Below, piece by piece: positions 27,501 through 40,800 of a DNA stretch of 64,000 nt (the stretch's first letter is position 1; each line of letters opens with the position of its first letter). Position numbers and translations under genes: made by a program. Location of the stretch: positions 620,001 to 684,000 of the forward strand of contig CM120645.1 of the NCBI GenBank assembly GCA_051362555.1, read 5' to 3'. Below the pieces are notes generated by a model that saw only the letters and a program-made list of their open reading frames with translations, was not told the origin of the DNA and made no database searches. This DNA comes from Lingula anatina (taxonomy: Eukaryota; Animalia; Brachiopoda).

Positions 27501-28799
27501 CGAATGCGCTTACTCCAGCTGGTGGTACAATATCCGGAGGCGGTATCGCCTCTCTGATCCTCTAGTTTGTTTAAGTGGAATCTAACTAGGACATGAGCCG
27601 ACCAGCCCCAACACAGCGCCGGATACAAGTCAGCGTTACCGTTTCTCCTCCTAGACCGCAAGGACTGGTGTCCCCATCTCTTGGATTTAAGTTGCATATA
27701 ATCTCAACTTGAACCTCCTGTTTGTTTTTTTTTGTTTTTTTTTTTTTTGTCTCAGTCGGTTCATTGGTCTGGGCGTGACACTTGTTGAAACGCACCCTTG
27801 TCAAAAATTTAGAAAATTCAGTGCCAAATATCTCCCAAACCAAAGGAATTATAGTAAAAATCACTACAGAAGTTTGCCCGAAAGTCATATGTGAAGTTTC
27901 CAAATATGCCCTTGGATTTGACCTTTGACCTTTATTTCAAGGTCAAACAGGCCAAAATTTTCTATTAACTAGAATTTTTTTCAAAAAAATATTTGTCTGT
28001 ACCAATTTTCAGAAACTTCAGAGACCTAAGCTTTCAAATTATAGTGATGTGTTACAATTAGGTACTCCTTCCATATCTTTGGGAAATTTTGGGTCAATCA
28101 GTGCACCTTCACAGGAGAAGCAGCCGTTAGATAATTTTTTCCATACGTGTTAGGAGTTGTGCTGTATGAAAAAGTACATTGCAATATTCAGTAGTGAAAT
28201 AAAATGTGAAATACTCCAAAATTGGCAAAGATACACCCATAGTTACTATTGGCCTTGAGTAGGAAAAATGATGATTATCTACAAAAAATGAAAACCCTTT
28301 TTTACTGCATTTCCTACATGTCCCCCCTTCTTTTTCTTTCCCATACGAATGAGCTAACTCCAGCTGGTGGTACAATACCAGGAGATGGTATTGCCTCTCT
28401 GATCTTCTATAGCTAGTTATCAACTATAATTAATATTTTTACAAACTGACTATAGGATTTTTTTTCCTTAATGAATAATAAAAAAAAAAAACAGTTTATT
28501 TGTTTTCAGTTCTACATAAAGAAAAATCAATTCTTTGTGAAAAAATCACAGAACCCTGTCTCAAGGACATGTTGAATGAGTTCCTGCAAGATGGCATCAT
28601 CACCCTTCGTGAAGCTGAAATGGTGAAAGCAGAGCCTCCTCAACACCATGACCAAACCTCAACTACCAGGGTGGTATGTCCAGAGAAAACTGCTGTCTTC
28701 CTGGACATTATAACCAGGAAACCTGTCAGGGCACACGATACACTTTGTCAATGTCTTCAGGAACAAGGACAGACTGATCTTCTTAAACTGATCAAGTAA
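21551..28799 (+). CDS. LRR-Roc-COR-CARD protein (ROCO family, MFHAS1-like core), ~939 aa; exons 21551-24080 and 28510-28799
   Basis: About 7 LRRs (LxxLxLxxN); Roc motifs G1 GETGAGKT, G2 RT, G3 DFGG, G4 GTHVD, G5 VSS; COR region ending in CPHC. Donor gaag|gtaagc at 24080 (phase 1) joins in frame to acceptor ttttcag| at 28510, giving SWQE/VLHKEKSILCEKITEPCLKDMLNEFLQDGIIT (CARD). Confidence 0.88.
24716..27565 (+). mobile_element. Complete Helentron-type element C with 146-bp satellite, in the ROCO intron
   Basis: 5' tgtaccaccagc hairpin; 3' gctggtggtacaata, palindrome ggaggcggtatcgcctct, then ctag|ttt. The empty site survives in the paralog at ~1500 (aagccttgttattaattatcaactac). Confidence 0.85.
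25650..27240 (+). repeat. 146-bp tandem satellite array (~11 units)
   Basis: caaaactggc recurs at 25661, 25807, 25953 (period 146); same family as 14880-16570. Confidence 0.95.
27570..28416 (+). mobile_element. Helentron-type element D, 5'-truncated, no satellite array
   Basis: Homologous to the body of element B; own 3' subTIR cagctggtggtacaata at 28361, palindrome and ctag end. Confidence 0.75.
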
Positions 28800-29112
28800 G
28801 GGAAATTTTCCTAGTCATGCATGTCATTTCACATTTGATTACTGTTAGCTAAGCATTACATGATATTGCTGCTTTAGTATATTAAAAATTTTGTATTTCT
28901 GACATTGTCGCATGCCTCTATATGAAGATACACTGTCACTGATATCTATTTTTCTGATCTGATGGGTCACTTCCTACTACCAAAAAGAGGGCCATGAGGA
29001 AGACAGCTTTGATATTTACCATGTTTTAACATTTAACAATGATATAAAAAAATTAAAAAATGAAATACCCATAACCTTTATTTGCAGACAGTCAAAGATA
29101 TCTATTTTTCAG

Positions 29113-29688
29113 GCCATCAGTTGACGTGTTACTTCCTGTTACCAAAAGGACTGGCAGGTCTTTGGAAAGCACAATTGTTCCTTCAGCTGAGGGCAGAGAA
29201 TATGAAGTTGACACAGAAATGGCCTGTTTTTCTAGATGTGTCAGGTTTTTCAGTTGTTGCAAAAGATGAATAAGATTTTTAATTTATATTTTGAGGTTCG
29301 TTACTTAATTAATTTTAGATTTGAAATTGTCAACGTATGGTTTATGGAAGGTCAGCTTTGTAATATATGTTTGCAGAGAACACTTTGGAGCTGATATTGA
29401 ATCTAAAGTAGTAGATGTATTAAATACCTTAGTTGAGGATAGAATGGATTACTATGTCATTGTATGTGCCATCTGCTCAGTGGCGGATATTCGCCAGCTG
29501 TTTCAAGACACCACCCAGGTCAGGGGCAAAAAGTGTTACAGTAAGAGTGAAGAAGATTCAAAAGTTTGTCCTCACCAAACTGCATGTTGCCTTCTTTTTG
29601 ATGCAACCAAGTGGCCCTCACAATCAAGTTCTCATGTATACCTGCATGAATATGTTGGAAAACATTGTTGGGAAATCAATTTTACATG
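29113..29688 (+). pseudogene. Unassigned two-exon gene fragment, apparently frameshifted
   Basis: Exons 29113-29244 (132 bp) and 29377-29688 have canonical splice sites and compatible phase (PSVDVLLPVTK...MACFSRCV/REHFGADIESKVVDVLN); family not recognised. Confidence 0.35.
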
Positions 29689-30489
29689 GTGAGGTTATAT
29701 GGTTCCTTTTTGTAATACGCCACACAGATTCACGTATCTATATATGGTGGCCTTCTCCTTGTAAAAGTAGCACTAACATGTATTACATTATGTATGCTAT
29801 AAAAGGGTCTGTATTTCGTTTATTGGGATAATTAGTTTTTCTAGTGTTTACTCGATCAGCATTTAATGCCAGATTCAAAATTGTATATAAATATAAATAT
29901 ATATATTTTACTAATAATTTACTTTATGATACATGTATATCATTTTGCTAAAAAAGATACAAGCTTTTGTTAAACAGTAAGTATATATAGCTGTATTTGA
30001 CTGAAAGGTTTGTGTCATACATGTTTAACATTGATAATCCATCATACATGACTGTGTATTTGTTGGAGCTTGTTATGAATAAAAAGCTTTAAGTTATTTC
30101 TACTACAGTCAGAGCTGGGACACAACAGTAAACAAAAATGAGCATGTAAAGTGTTTGCTCTTGAAATATTTTGAGGGCGCAGGCTCTGAGAGATCAATAT
30201 CATTTTTACCTTCAGTAATATTTACCTTGATTGTCCCCTTTATTTAAAACTGGTCAGCATGATGAAGAGCTCTAGTGCTGGCGAGTGTTACCATTATGGA
30301 CATTATATATGCTAGATGTTCTGGCAATGAAGGGATATCATCTTTTGTGAAACAAAATATGTTTGTGGCAAAATCTCCCCATGATGGAGGGGGTGGGGGA
30401 GAATGGGTATTCTTTTCATTTTTATTTACAACTGTACAGTATAATATATTTATCTAACATTATTGCTAATTATAATGATTTTAACATGT

Positions 30490-31160
30490 ATTCTGCAGTA
30501 GAAACTACTTTTTGGTATATAACATTTTTGGTTTTAAAACGTGCATTATTTAATGAGCATGTCAGCTTAATTTTAGGGTTAATTTTCCTCTAGATTACAT
30601 TTGGTCGTGGTCATGAACCAACATCTATCAATGTTGTGAGATATTGTTTTATTGTTATAAGACTATAGGCAAGTTTAGATACAAGATGTCTATGATAAGA
30701 CGAACTATACATTTTATCATTTATTTCCTAAACGCACAACTCGACTGGGATTTTTATACATCATATTTGATCAACATGTATTCAGAATGGTAACAACTTA
30801 GCAAGAGCATGTCTACAGTCTTCTGTTCATCACTTTTGTTACTGGTCCACGTGTCCACTTGGTTGGTATTTATTTAAAGTCACGGATACCACTTGACCAG
30901 TGTTCTCCCCACAGGATTTCTACAGCAAGAAAATAAAGGATTTAATAAATAATTTAAAGTAAACAAACTGACTTTTTTTAAATTTTATTTTATTATTATT
31001 TTCATGGCAAATTCCATGCCCGTACAGGTTTTCTCAAAGTATAAATTTAGTTGAAGGGGCCATTCCCAGTGAAACTATTTGTCCATGGTATTCAATCCAA
31101 CTTGTCAGGGACTGTTGCTGAATGCAATCAGTTGAACAGATTAACATGTCTCCTGGCACT
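30490..31160 (+). repeat. Duplicate of the 9720-10800 block
   Basis: Direct match, with a ~430-bp gap relative to the first copy. Confidence 0.85.
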
Positions 31161-31712
31161 GAGTTGAATACAGAGAAGCTGCATATGGTGATAATTACAC
31201 ATACAGCATTTCTAAAAGTTTAAGCCAGTGAAAACGAATGCTACCTGAAAAATAGAAAGGCACTTTTTAATACAGATGCTTAAATGGATAATATTAAACT
31301 CTTCGTATGAGATCTATATTTCACAATAAAAACATTGTGAACAACTCATTGAAATATAATATATATTCAGTTGTGCCACAAAAATGGCAGTTATAGCTAT
31401 TATCCTGATATCTGAGCTTGTCTTTAGACCATGTGACACCCCTATATGGCTATATACTCTCTTATAATCTCTTAAGAGATTATTACAAAAAAAAAAAAAA
31501 AAACAGGTGTGCTATTAAAATTTGACCCCCCCCCCAAATGTGACTCCCCAGTCAGATTTTCATTATGAAATTGTGACTCACCAGTAAAATATTGAAATGA
31601 AAATTTGACTACCCCATTAAATTTTGACTCCCCCCACAAAACTTTATAAATCTGATTTTATTTGAGTATATGACATTTATATTGTATAATGGAGGATTTT
31701 CATGTTACAACG

Positions 31713-31865
31713 GTACCCGACATCACAGCACCTACCACTGCGAGATTGCTATTTGATGAAATAATATGTAAGCATGGGGTACCCAAAACACTTTTGAGTG
31801 ATAGAGGCATCTAATGACAAACGACCAAGTAGAGAGATTAAATGGGCTGATCATGAAAACATTGA
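31713..31865 (+). pseudogene. Gypsy/Ginger-type integrase core relic
   Basis: VPDITAPTTARLLFDEIICKHGVPKTLLSDRG, then after a deletion VERLNGLIMKTL (rve core). Preceded by short tandem tgactcccc repeats at 31515-31640. Confidence 0.7.
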
Positions 31866-32429
31866 ATTTTAATTTATTAATTTAGTCAATGTGATATCGT
31901 GTATTTTGGAATTAGATTTCTCTCTGTTATAATATCTTATCACGGCAGAGAATTCCTCTATAATCTTATGGAAGAAATCTGCAGTAAAACCAAGAATGAG
32001 AGGGAAGTGACAAGGCCTTATCACCCACAGTTTAAAAGACTAACTGGTACGTAAACATTCAGAAAACAGTTTATATTTCATGACAAATATACAAAACTAT
32101 GTATCCATTGTACCTTTGTACACCTCTCTTGATTAACAACATGGCTTAACGTGATGCTGCTTAGTAGGAATGATTGGTAGGAGAATTTCTGTGCACTGAA
32201 ATTTGAATTGTTTTTATCTGTAACCATCTGATTACCATATTAGCCGATATACCACCACATAAAATGGTTCACTGAATGGACAGTTCAATTAGATATTACA
32301 GTAAAGTATGACCAAACTGTCCAATGTAGGCTATGGTTGGTAAATCTACTTGGGACCCACAAGAGTGGGACCAGGTCCTAGCAGAGTGCGTGCTTTCCTA
32401 CAGCACTTCCCAGTAAGAAAGCACCTCAT

Positions 32430-32468
<39 letters not shown>

Positions 32469-33647
32469 ATGTAAGTAAACGAGTAAGCAGGCACCATGTA
32501 TAAAAACAACACATGTACATGTACTGTTTATGATCTCTCTCTCTTTCTCTCTTTCATTCTAGTATCTTCTGCATGTACATGCGTGAATGCATTTTTAAAA
32601 AATTTTTTTGAATGATGTGGCACTCCGAGTCCCCACACTAAGTGTGCAAACGAAGCCATAGGAAGCATTTCGGTACAGAAAACGAATTACGACAAATTTC
32701 GTTCAAATGAGATATTATTTTTTATGTTATACTTTATTGTAAAAAGCCACTTTTAATTTGTATTGAAAAAATACTACTTTATAATGAAATGCTAAAAAAG
32801 TTGAAAACCATTATTAGGCAATATATTTTAAAATATCCTTTTTATTTAGAAGTTGATATTTTATTTTGGACAAAATTTAATTTTTTACAAATTAACAGAC
32901 GGAAAAAGACAGATGTTAGAAGTCCCTGTCAGTTCTATGAATTTAAAAGTATACAATATCAATGATAAATAAACGAATGAAATTGATATTCATTGTTAGT
33001 AAATGCATGGCGGTTTGACATTTGTGTCTTTTTATGTAATATACTAATAGGCATCCCTACCACATGTTTTCATGCATTTATGAATGGGACTCTTGGTTCC
33101 AACTTGGAATCTCTGTTTTGAAAATGAGAGCCCCAGGATTCTTTGTTCAAAATCTACCGTTACCCGGACCCTGAGATTTAAAACTTAGCGTCCTGAGGCT
33201 CCTAGTTTAAAAATGCAGTCTGTTGGACTGCTAGTTTAAAAAAAGGCCCCGACGGAGACTGACCTGACTGAATATGTACTGTCGCGTCACACAGGTATTC
33301 CGTTTCACGACGTTTGTACGTTTTTAGACTATATATTTAAATTGATCACCACAAGCATCATATGATGACTATAAGATTAAAACTTTTTGTGTCCCATTAA
33401 AACCCCCAATACTTTCTGTTAAACCATATAATTTGCACTGATTCCACGGGACTCTGAGCTGCCATTTCTTGTTCTACCATTTCTGTTCAGCAGGTTTGTG
33501 TAGAGGTTGTATACGGACAGATCTGGGTTCATTACAGAGTATGTTTTTTTATTTATTTTGTTGCATGTATGATCAAAGAAATGGCGTGCATGAAGGTTGA
33601 TGAAGAGAGTCGCGTTCTAATCACTCGCTACTGGAAGTCTCTGCATC

Positions 33648-33896
33648 CAGTGGCGGATTTAGGGGGGGGGGGGTTCAGAGGGGTTTCGACCTTCGATTTC
33701 CTAAAAAAAGTGGTTCCTCTTGAAATCAGACTTTTGACAAGGTGAATCATGGTTCTAAACCGTACGAAATGGCACCTTTCGCCCTCTCAATTACCAACAC
33801 TTTTCAGAGCCATTCAGCAGTCTCCGAACCCAACGCCAAGGGAGGGGGGAGGGTCGGCTTTGTATCCGCGGACCCCCCATCCTGGATCCGCCCCTG
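33648..33896. mobile_element. MITE upstream of the SMB gene
   Basis: Inverted ends cagtggcggattt...ggatccgcccctg; no TSD visible. Confidence 0.6.
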
Positions 33897-34263
33897 AATT
33901 CATTATGTCGCACATAAAAAAAGCACACTAGGTGATCAACAAGACGGCGGTGATCTCCAACTCACGAACTCCTGTTGACGTGGATTACTCGAAATAATGA
34001 ACTAATTATTCCAATTAGCGTGACGGTTACAACGGCATGCCCTACCGTGACTCTAAGTATTCTTGTTTGCCAGCGCTCAATGCACGCTACTCGAGTGTAT
34101 ACCTCAAGACTTATGCAAGGCCGGCAACGTGATTCAGTAATTTCTTGCTCAGTGGCTAGAAATCGTATCTTCCAAGAAGAGTGGGAGATGTATAAATGAC
34201 CAGCAAACGCTGATCTGCGTCACTTATGTGCAACGACTGCACAGAGTTTTCAAAGTCAAAAAC

Positions 34264-37200
34264 ATGATGATCATCCGCCTTGCTTTAAGCGCGCTGATAA
34301 TTGTTCATCTTGCCCATGAAAATGGTCAACTTGCCGGATTAGCCCAAAAGTCGCCCAACGTTGAGATTTGGACGCTTGCAGGACTCACGGGGGACCCAAA
34401 GCGTCTACGAGATGGAGTGCAAGAGATAACCACTAAAAGGGCGCCCATTACTGAGGGAAGAATTCACAGGGGAATCACACAGGAGTCGTCCACTGATGAG
34501 GGTAGAATTCAAGAGGGAACCACAGAGAAGTCGGCGCCCACTACTGAGAGGGGAGTTCACGTCACACAAGAGATGCCAACCACTAAGGGTGGAATGCACA
34601 ATGAAGTCAGTCAAAAGGATACATTTCGTGAAATATCTGATAACGGCAGCGAAACCTCTTCTTTCCCAGACGTCACTCTGACGCCGTATAGATGGCTCTG
34701 TGCAAAAAGTGGTAAATACAGCATCCAGGTCCACTGCAACTGCGATCCCGTGTGTGTCCTGTATGGTGACTGCTGTTATGGGGTGATAGAAAATGCTACT
34801 GTCTGCGCTGCCTCTGTCAGATTAAGAGGGACATACGACACAATGCAATCTGCAACTGTTCCTGGAACCAACGTGGCAGAAGTTCAAAGTGACAGCACCA
34901 CCTCGCCTGCATCCCCAAACAAAACATCTTCGATAAGGGGGAAAAAACAAGTCGATCCTGTGTCTATTTCTCTGGCACATAAAAGCTCCTGTAGAAAAAG
35001 TCCAACATTATATCTAAGAAAACGACAAACCACACCACCCTATGTGGATAATTATGCACTGAGTTTTTGGATGGTGGACCAGTGTCCCAAGTCTTGGCTG
35101 GAAGAGGAAAGTCGTATTAAGTGCACTGATACCTCAAATAGTAGCTTCACAGAAGAACCTCTATTGTACCAGCCAGTCACCGACCCGGATACGATGATCA
35201 CTTTCAAGAACAAGTACTGTGCAACCTGTAATGGTATCAAGGGTGGTTGGGAACCGTGGGAACTCGCCGTCTATTCCACTAAGTACTTACCATTAGACTT
35301 CTTTGCAAATTGCAGCTCCTCGGATTGCGCGTTAAAAAGACTAAAAGATGTCGGAGGTAATGCTATTTTCGAGCCGAAACCGGAATGGAATTTAAGAACA
35401 TGCTTCAAGGAAGTTGGGGACGATGTCTTTGGTCCTTGTCAGTTCACTTTTATCAATGGAAGCGTGCGTCGTGTACCTCGTCCACTCCCCCTGCACTCAG
35501 CTTTACGAGATGCCTGTATGACGTACAACAACCCTGTTGTCATTGGCGCTTTTGATAACAGTTACAAGAACTTCCACTGCCTGGTGTGTTATCTGGGTGA
35601 TTTTCTACTCTGTGAAGGTGAGTGGTACGTTGAAATATATAAGACGTCATATGTAAACAAATTAGAACCGTGTATTATTGGCGTGAATAATTTTCAATAA
35701 CCATCCTTGCCTCCTTCGTAATATCAACTAGTAGGATTGTGGAACCTAAGAAATAAAATATACTTGATCAGGAAAACATTTTTGTTTTCTAGAGGCGTAG
35801 GTTTGGCCTGTGTTCCCTAGATAAATGGTATAATTCAGTTTCGCCAATAATATCACAAAGAAAATGGCTTAATGTAATTGATATTGCCAAGATTCATTTT
35901 ATGTTGTGTGATATCTTTTGAATCAGTTTATGTGTGGAAATTACATACATACCTGAAGGTAGGAGAAATATCAGTTTAAATAAGATTTCATTTATAATCC
36001 AGCAAAGGCAACTATTGATTGTATATTGACGGAAAACTGACATGAATTACTGAGAAAGTTGCGTTTATTTGTGGAGATATGAAGGAAGCCATTAGCACTC
36101 CGATATAAGGTATATTAGCTTTTGCAGCTTGGGATTGAGCGTTATGTACTACACTTGTTTTGTATAATAGCAGTCAGTGTTAAGATCGAGTATCTGTTAA
36201 GTTAGACGTAAACGAGCGTGGATTCCAATTGACGTACATAAAAAACTTTTAATAGTGTCCCAAACGACAAAAATAAAATCGATATGCCAAGGGATAAATA
36301 ATAATAATAATAATAATAATAAAAATAATAATAATAATAATTTTTATTATTTATTTATAGTCTAAAATCCATATATAAAATGTTCAGTAGACTTTACATG
36401 GGTAAAATGACTAAAATAAATGAAAAGGTAGTTAAAATTATAAGTTATGAACTAAAGATGTGAACTAAAATGTAATTGAATTGATAAGATATCAAAAATA
36501 AACTGTACAGTGTAAAAGACAACAGCCAGTCAAATCGATTGTAAAGTTTTTTGAAGATATAAGTTTTTAATTATTTTTTAAAATTGTCCTCAGACTATTG
36601 TTTTAAAATAAATAGGGAGATCGTTCCACTCAATTGGCCCATAGACCTGCAGAGCAACATCACCGTACGCTCTGAATCTGGAATTACAAGGCGTTAAATC
36701 GAACCGATCACTCCAAAAAGCATGGAACGATGTCCTTTGGACTCTGTAGTGGCCGTACTATTTGAAAGCCTACGGTGGCGTATTTCAGGTTTTGAGTTAA
36801 AACCACGGACTTTAAATGCGCCTGTAGATGGGAGTATATTTTTGAACATCAAAAATGGCAGAATTTTGTTATTAAAAAAGGGCTTAAATGTCTCACACGC
36901 GTTTTTGGTTTGCTAGGGAGTAATTAACTAATTAAATTGCTACTCAAGGAGGCGTGTTAGACAGTTAAGATGATTACACTGAATGCATTTTAGCAGCTCG
37001 ATCCATCTGTAGTCCAGGAATTTGGTGAAAAATTGTGCATTTTTTACCTACAAGCATGAAATTTGGCACACTTATGGACAATGAAATTCTAAGCAAATCT
37101 GGATATATGTGCATGTCTGAAAATTCAAAAATGGCCGTCAAATCCAAGATGGCCGCCGAAATACCTTTTCAAATTAAAACTTCAAGTACATAGTCTTCTA

Positions 37201-37778
37201 ATAACTTAAAATATCATATAAAGGTTAGAAAACACCATGGTATAAATCCTTTAGGTGTGTAAAATCCAAAATGGCCGCCAAAAGTAAACAAGGCAGCAAA
37301 GCTGTCAAATGTACAGACAAAAACCAGAAAATAAAAACGCAGGAAATAGGATACTGTCAATTCTGATGAACTAATGTATTATGCTTACTGTAACTGCATA
37401 GCCAACATCAAATTCTTATTCTGCATAACATTGGATTAGGATGAAAGTAAAATGTGTATCAAGCATTAGACTAAGTTCCCATACCTAGATCAATCTAACA
37501 GGATCAATCCAACTCCAAGGGGTTTCTCACTAAATTGCTTTCAGTTTGAGAGTCTTAGGATTCTGGCATGCCAGTTTCAGTAGGCGTGACAGACAACTAA
37601 GCCACTTACATTGATTGCAATTTAGCGAGAATTCCCATGGAGATAGATCGATCCACAGTTAGCGTGATAGGCTCTGGAAATAGTCCCTAAGGTGTCAGGC
37701 TGATAAGAGTTAAACTTTGGAAATGCCAGAATGAGGTACAGTGAAAATTACACACAAAAAAAAAAATTGCTTAAACTC

Positions 37779-37833
<55 letters not shown>

Positions 37834-40800
37834 TTTTAATTTTTTTTTTTTTGGCTGTATGTCAATCCTAAGAATCATTTTTGTAACTTAACAAAATACA
37901 AAAAATGTTACAAAGTAAGAGTACAGGGCTCCTGGCAGATGGGAGTGATAAGTCACAACTTGAAAATGCCAGTATAGCACTCTATAAACCTGCATTGCCT
38001 CCAAAACAGAAAACAATCACACTGGTTTTAAAACACAAGCTGCGCACTTCTGTCTTATGAAACTTTTCACTAAGTTTCAGTATCGTAAGTAACATGGTTT
38101 TCCCTTAATCGCTATCCTGGCAGCAGTGTCTAAAATAGGGTTTTCTTCAACTTTCATGCAATAAAACATGACATAATGACCATCAAATTTTTTATAAAAA
38201 AATAAAAGTATCATGAATATTCAGAAAATGTGATTTGGGAAGGTCTTCAAGGCCATGGAAGTTCAGAGTCACACTTTCAAAATGCCAAAATGTAAACAAC
38301 AGATAACTGTACTAAAATGATTTTCTTTCCATTTTCAACACCTTTTTTAAAACAAAATGATCAATAAACTGTCATTTTTAAATGTTCAACTAGGAAAATT
38401 GTTGACATAGGAAAAATATCAATAGAACAATTTTCAATGTCCAATTTGCTCCATTTGCAGATGCTGAACATAGTGAATGATTAAATCTGACAAACTGCAA
38501 TGATGAGTTCCTTTCCATTTATGATACTTTATTACACAATGCACAATATTATAACAGGTTTACCGTCATTTTTATATAATCAACAAACAATATTGTTAAG
38601 AAGCAGAAAATGTCAAAACAACACTTTTACATATCTTATTAGTTCCATAATGAGACTGTTAACATGCCTAAGAATTAAATCTGAAGAAATAACAATTATA
38701 TACAAAAATACAGAAAATGCACAGCACTTCTGGTGGATGGGAGTATAAAATCACATCTTGAAGATGCTAGTGTTTGAAAAATAATTTTAAAAAAATTTTA
38801 AATAAAACGTAAAAAATTCCAATAAAGCTGCTATTCAAACTTTTAATCTAGCTGTATTAACTTGATATTAATAACCCCACTAAGTTTGAGAAAAATAAAG
38901 CACTGTTATGCATCTATAGCATGTTGGCATAACACATTCTTTTTGTTGTAAATTATTTGCAATGTTAAACACCATTTATCTGCACAATTATCACCAAATC
39001 CTAATTTTGTGACACAGTTAAGAGAGCTAAACCTATGGGACTTTACAGGGAAATCTCAAGGAGTGTTTTATGTAATCTCATTTAATGGCCAATTGAAAAT
39101 TAATGAGTAGGCAAGTGACTTTATAGACCTTAATTTAATTAGTGATCACCCAAGGGACAATTTTAAAGACTGCTATCCATACAGTACCGTCATATAGCAC
39201 AAAGGTGTTGCATACATGCTGAAAAAAGTGAAAAAACAGCATTACTTCCCTAAAAATGACCCGATCATGCTGATTTTCAAACTTGACCTGCGTATTATGA
39301 ATATTCATTAGTTCTGCAAGTTTCAAACCAAAAGGTTAAATGGTTTTCCACTTATCATGTTATCAGTGTTGCATATATGCTGAAAAAAGTTAAAAACAGC
39401 ATAACTTCCTTAAAAATGACCCAATCATACTGATTTTCAAACTTGACCTGCGTATTATGAATATTCATCAGTTCTGTAAGTTTCAAGCCAAAAGGTAAAA
39501 TGATTTTTCACTTATCATGTTATCAGTGTTGTATATATGGTGAAAAAAGTGAAAAACAGCATAACTTCCCTAAAAATGACCCGATCATGCTGATTTTCGA
39601 ACTTGACCTGCGTATTATGAATATTCATCAGTTTTGTAAGTTTCAAGGGAAAAGGTAAAATGGTTTTCCACTTATCGTGTTATCGGTGCTGCATATATGC
39701 TGAAACAAGACAGCACTGTTCTGCAATGGGTTTACTTCCATTTTTAAAACACTTTTTTAACATAAAACAAAATAAACAGTTTTCTACCATTTGTATATGA
39801 TCAACTAAGAAAATTGATGAGATGGGAAAAATATCAATAGAACAGTGTTAAATGTCCAATTTCCTCCATTCTGAGATAATGAATATAGTAGATGATTGAA
39901 TCTGACAAACTGCAATGATATTTGTTTATTTCCATTTTTGACACTTTATAACATAATACACAATAACAAGTTTACCATCATTTTTACATAATCAACTAAC
40001 AATGTTATTAAGATGCAGGAAATGTCAAACAAACACTTTTACGTATCTTATTAGTTCAATAATGAGACTGTTAACATGCCTAACAATTGAATCTGAGGAA
40101 ATAAGAAAAAACAGCATAACTTCTAAAAGAATGGCCCGATTATGCTGATTTTGGAACTCAACCAGCATTTTAGTTAGTTTGACTACTCCTGTGAGTATAA
40201 TGACAATTGGCCTATCTGTTTTTCTTATATTGTGTTATTAGCGTTGCATATATGTTGAAAGAAGTGAAAAAACAGCATAACTTCCCTAAAAATGGCCCGA
40301 TCATGCTGATTTTCGAACTTTACCTGCGTATTATGAATATTCATCAGTTCTGTAAGTTTCAAGCCAAAAGGTAAAATGGTTTTCCATTTATGGTGTTATC
40401 GGTGCTGCATATATGCTGAAAAAAGGGAAAAAACAGCCTAAATTCACTAAAAATGACCCAATCACGCTGATTTTCGAACTTGACCTGCGTATTATAAATA
40501 TTCATCAGATCTGTAAGTTTCAAGCCAAAAAAAAAATGGTTTTCCACTTATCGTGTTATCGGTGCTGTATACAGTCATAAGATTATGTATGTGTGCATTT
40601 ATTCCATCTAACGTAAGAAGATTAGATACAATTATAACGTCAGAAAATACAATAGAGGGAGTGTGATAATGATAGGGTCGCTAAACGATTTTGACGGAAT
40701 ATAGTGACTAGCCTAATCCTCTTGTCGCCTGTGTAGGCACGCCCCCTTAGAGTTCTTATGTAAACAAAAGGTCTTCCATAGAGAACTATCCTTATGTTCA

